Part shown: positions 61,842-64,000 of the stretch, piece by piece | How positions within the stretch are numbered: the first letter of the stretch is position 1 | Layout: each line of letters starts with the position of its first letter | Source of the DNA: Squalus acanthias | Lineage: Eukaryota | Assembly (NCBI GenBank): GCA_030390025.1 | Contig: CM059438.1 | Location: forward strand, 59,150,001-59,214,000 | Length of the DNA stretch: 64,000 nt | Reading direction: 5' to 3' | Notes under the pieces: generated by a model | The model's input: only the letters and a program-made list of their open reading frames with translations | Database searches by the model: none | What the model was told of the DNA's origin: nothing | Program-made: the position numbers and the translations under genes

Positions 61842-63175
61842 CTCCAGAGTGAGCGAGTGTCCAGAGTGAGGGAGTCTTCACAGTGAGGGAGTGTCCAGAG
61901 TGAGGGAGTGTCCACAGTGAGGGTGTGTCCAGAGTGAGGGAGTGTCCCCCAGTGAGGGAGTGTCCAGAGTGAGGCAGTCTTCACAGTGAGGGAATGTCCA
62001 CAGTGAGGGAGTGTCCAGAGTGAGGGAGTGTCCAGAGTGAGGGAGTCTCCAGAGTGAGGGAGTGTCCAGAGTGAGGGAGTCTCCAGAGTGAGGGAGTGTC
62101 CAGAGTGAGGGAGTATCCCCCAGTGAGGGAGTGTCCAGAGTGAGGGAGTGTCCCCCAGTGAGGGAGTGTCCAGAGTGAGGGAGTGTCCCCCAGTGAGGGA
62201 GTGTCCCCCAGTGAGGGAGTGTCCAGAGTGAGGGAGTGTCCCCCAGTGAGGGAGTGTCCAGAGTGAGGGAGTGTCCCCCAGTGAGGGAGTGTCCAGAGTG
62301 AGGGAGTGTCCAGTGTGAGGGAGTGTCCCCCAGTGAGGGAGTGTCCCCCAGTGAGGGAGTGTCCAGAGTGAGGGAGTGTCCAGTGTGAGGGAGTGTCCCC
62401 CAGTGAGGGAGTGTCCAGAGTGAGGGAGTGTCCAGGGTGAGGGAGTGTCCAGGGTGAGGGAGTGTCCAGAGTGAGGGAGTGTCCAGGGTGAGGGAGTGTC
62501 CAGGGTGAGGGAGTGTCCACCAGTGAGGGAGTGTCCAGAGTGAGGGAGTGTCCAGAGTGAGGGAGTGTCCCCCAGTGAGGGAGTGTCCAGTGTGAGGGAG
62601 TGTCCCCCAGTGAGGGAGTGTCCAGAGTGAGGGAGTGTCCAGAGTGAGGGAGTGTCCAGAGTGAGGGAGTGTCCCCCAGTGAGGGAGTGTCCAGAGTGAG
62701 GGAGTGTCCAGAGTGAGGGAGTGTCCACAGTGAGGGAGTGTCCAGGGTGAGGGAGTCTCTAGAGTGAGGGAGTCTCTAGAGTGAGGGAGTGTCCAGAGTG
62801 AGGGAGTGTCCCCCAGTGAGGGAGTGTCCAGAGTGAGGGAGTGTCCCCCAGTGAGGAAGTGTCCCCCAGTGAGGGAGTGTCCAGGGTGAGGGAGTGTCCA
62901 GAGTGAGGGAGTGTCCAGAGTGAGGGAGTGTCCAGGGTGAGGGAGTGTCCAGAGTGAGGGAGTGTCCAGAGTGAGGGAGTGTCCAGAGTGAGGGAGTGTC
63001 CAGAGTGAGGGAGTGTCCACCAATGAGGGAGTGTCCAGAGTGAGGGAGTGTCCAGAGTGAGGGAGTGTCCTCCAGTGAGGGAGTGTCCAGTGTGAGGGAG
63101 TGTCCAGGGTGAGGGAGTGTCCCCCAGTGAGGGAGTGTCCAGAGTGAGGGAGTGTCCAGAGTGAGGGTGTGCCCA
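61842..63175. repeat. 17/18-bp minisatellite AGTGAGGGAGTGTCCAG / AGTGAGGGAGTGTCCCCC, ~75 copies
   Basis: Periodicity read directly; the 17-aa period of the spurious ORFs equals 3 x 17 bp. Confidence 0.97.
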
Positions 63176-63231
63176 CCTGTTTATGGGCAATGCCATGGCT
63201 CCCTGACTGAAGACAGTACTCACTCTCAACA

Positions 63232-63309
63232 CAAGCGCAGGTCAGGCAGCATCTGTGGAGAGAGAAACAGCGCTAACCTTTCAGGTCGATGACCTTTCCT
63301 CAGAACTGT
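63232..63309 (-). mobile_element. Second Penelope-like terminal fragment with a degenerate hammerhead
   Basis: Reverse complement AGTT-CTGAGGA-A-AGGTC(ATC)GACCT-GAAA-GG-TT. Confidence 0.55.
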
Positions 63310-63706
63310 CACCCTCACTTCCCTTTTCAATGGTAACTTATTGTAGCATCAACAGATACTCGTCTTGACAGAAACACAGCTGCAGGCAGGAGAGTCATGG
63401 ACTGTCGCCCTCCCCTCTCCCCCTACCCATATTGTCAATATAATTCAACTGCCCAACAGTGGCCTGGTTTGGATTAGTGCAAACAGTGAGTAAACGCCCC
63501 CTACACACACCCACACCAGTGAATAGCAGAATGACCGTCTCTGGAGATTGTGGATCTGCTGTGCTCCGCCTGAATTAAATTAGTGAAAGTTGTCTCTGGA
63601 AGTTGCCCACTATTCTGGTGAGTGTGACCCCTTGACATGAGACAGGTCACCGAGTGAACATGGCCAAAGCTCGTGCTGCACAGTTCGAGAATCTGGGCAC
63701 GGCTGT

Positions 63707-64000
63707 TCAAGGCAACAAGTTTATTTTGGAGACGACATGCTTGCAGCCGTGAACGGAGTACTGACGGTCCCCAACTGAGTAATATTTCAGCTCCCTGGAC
63801 AGCTTGTCCAGATGGGCAGCGTCTGGGTAAAATCCATCTCTCATCATCTCCTCCAAGAAGCAGTCCACGATGTGGGCCCTCTCCAGCAAGGTGAACGGCA
63901 CAATCTCTGCATGCTTCCACAGTGGGTGGAAGTGGATCAGCGAAGACTGGACAATGAAGAGAAGCTCTTCCGATTTTGTCGGCTGTCGCATCATACCACT
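63707..64000 (-). CDS. TOR4A: Torsin-4A, C-terminal ~97 aa (ORF continues beyond the window)
   Basis: IVPFTLLERAHIVDCFLEEMMRDGFYPD...LKYYSVGDRQYSVHGCKHVVSKINLL matches the torsin sensor-2 GCKxV end and the recalled TOR4A C-terminus (IVPFLLL...CFRDEM..EGFFPD...GCKQVV). Confidence 0.88.
   Translation of the reverse strand, partial: SGMMRQPTKSEELLFIVQSSLIHFHPLWKHAEIVPFTLLERAHIVDCFLEEMMRDGFYPDAAHLDKLSRELKYYSVGDRQYSVHGCKHVVSKINLLP

Noticed and set aside
61661..63232. 355-432 aa repetitive minus-strand ORFs
   Set aside because: Translation of the 17/18-bp minisatellite; the same peptide appears in all three frames.

Overview
Vertebrate, almost certainly cartilaginous-fish (shark-like), genomic DNA; the taxon is inferred from HE1/V-SINE and Deu-type SINEs and the CR1/L2/RTE/Penelope families. 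The window is overwhelmingly repeats. The only confidently recognised host gene is the C-terminal part of TOR4A (minus strand, 63707-64000). The remainder is: five large tandem arrays (22-bp, 67-bp, 37-bp, 17/18-bp and a 5.6-kb C-rich tract); a triplicated ~1.7-kb cassette bounded by a 17-bp minisatellite, in which two copies were independently hit at essentially the same base by different retroelements and which carries a signal-peptide-like exon; a cluster of two-gene PIF/Harbinger transposons (DDE transposase plus a convergent 3-exon Myb/SANT gene), one with an intact transposase ORF, plus derived MITEs; two copies of an apparently ORF1-less CR1-group LINE with a tRNA-Thr-like head; nested CR1s; a full-structure Gypsy element; solo LTRs; and a mini-Penelope inverted repeat with minimal hammerhead ribozyme motifs on both strands. 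All family names come from motif recognition by eye, with no database search. I see no clear evidence of a wholly new system; the best leads are the Harbinger cluster, the same-site insertion hotspot and the tRNA-headed LINE.
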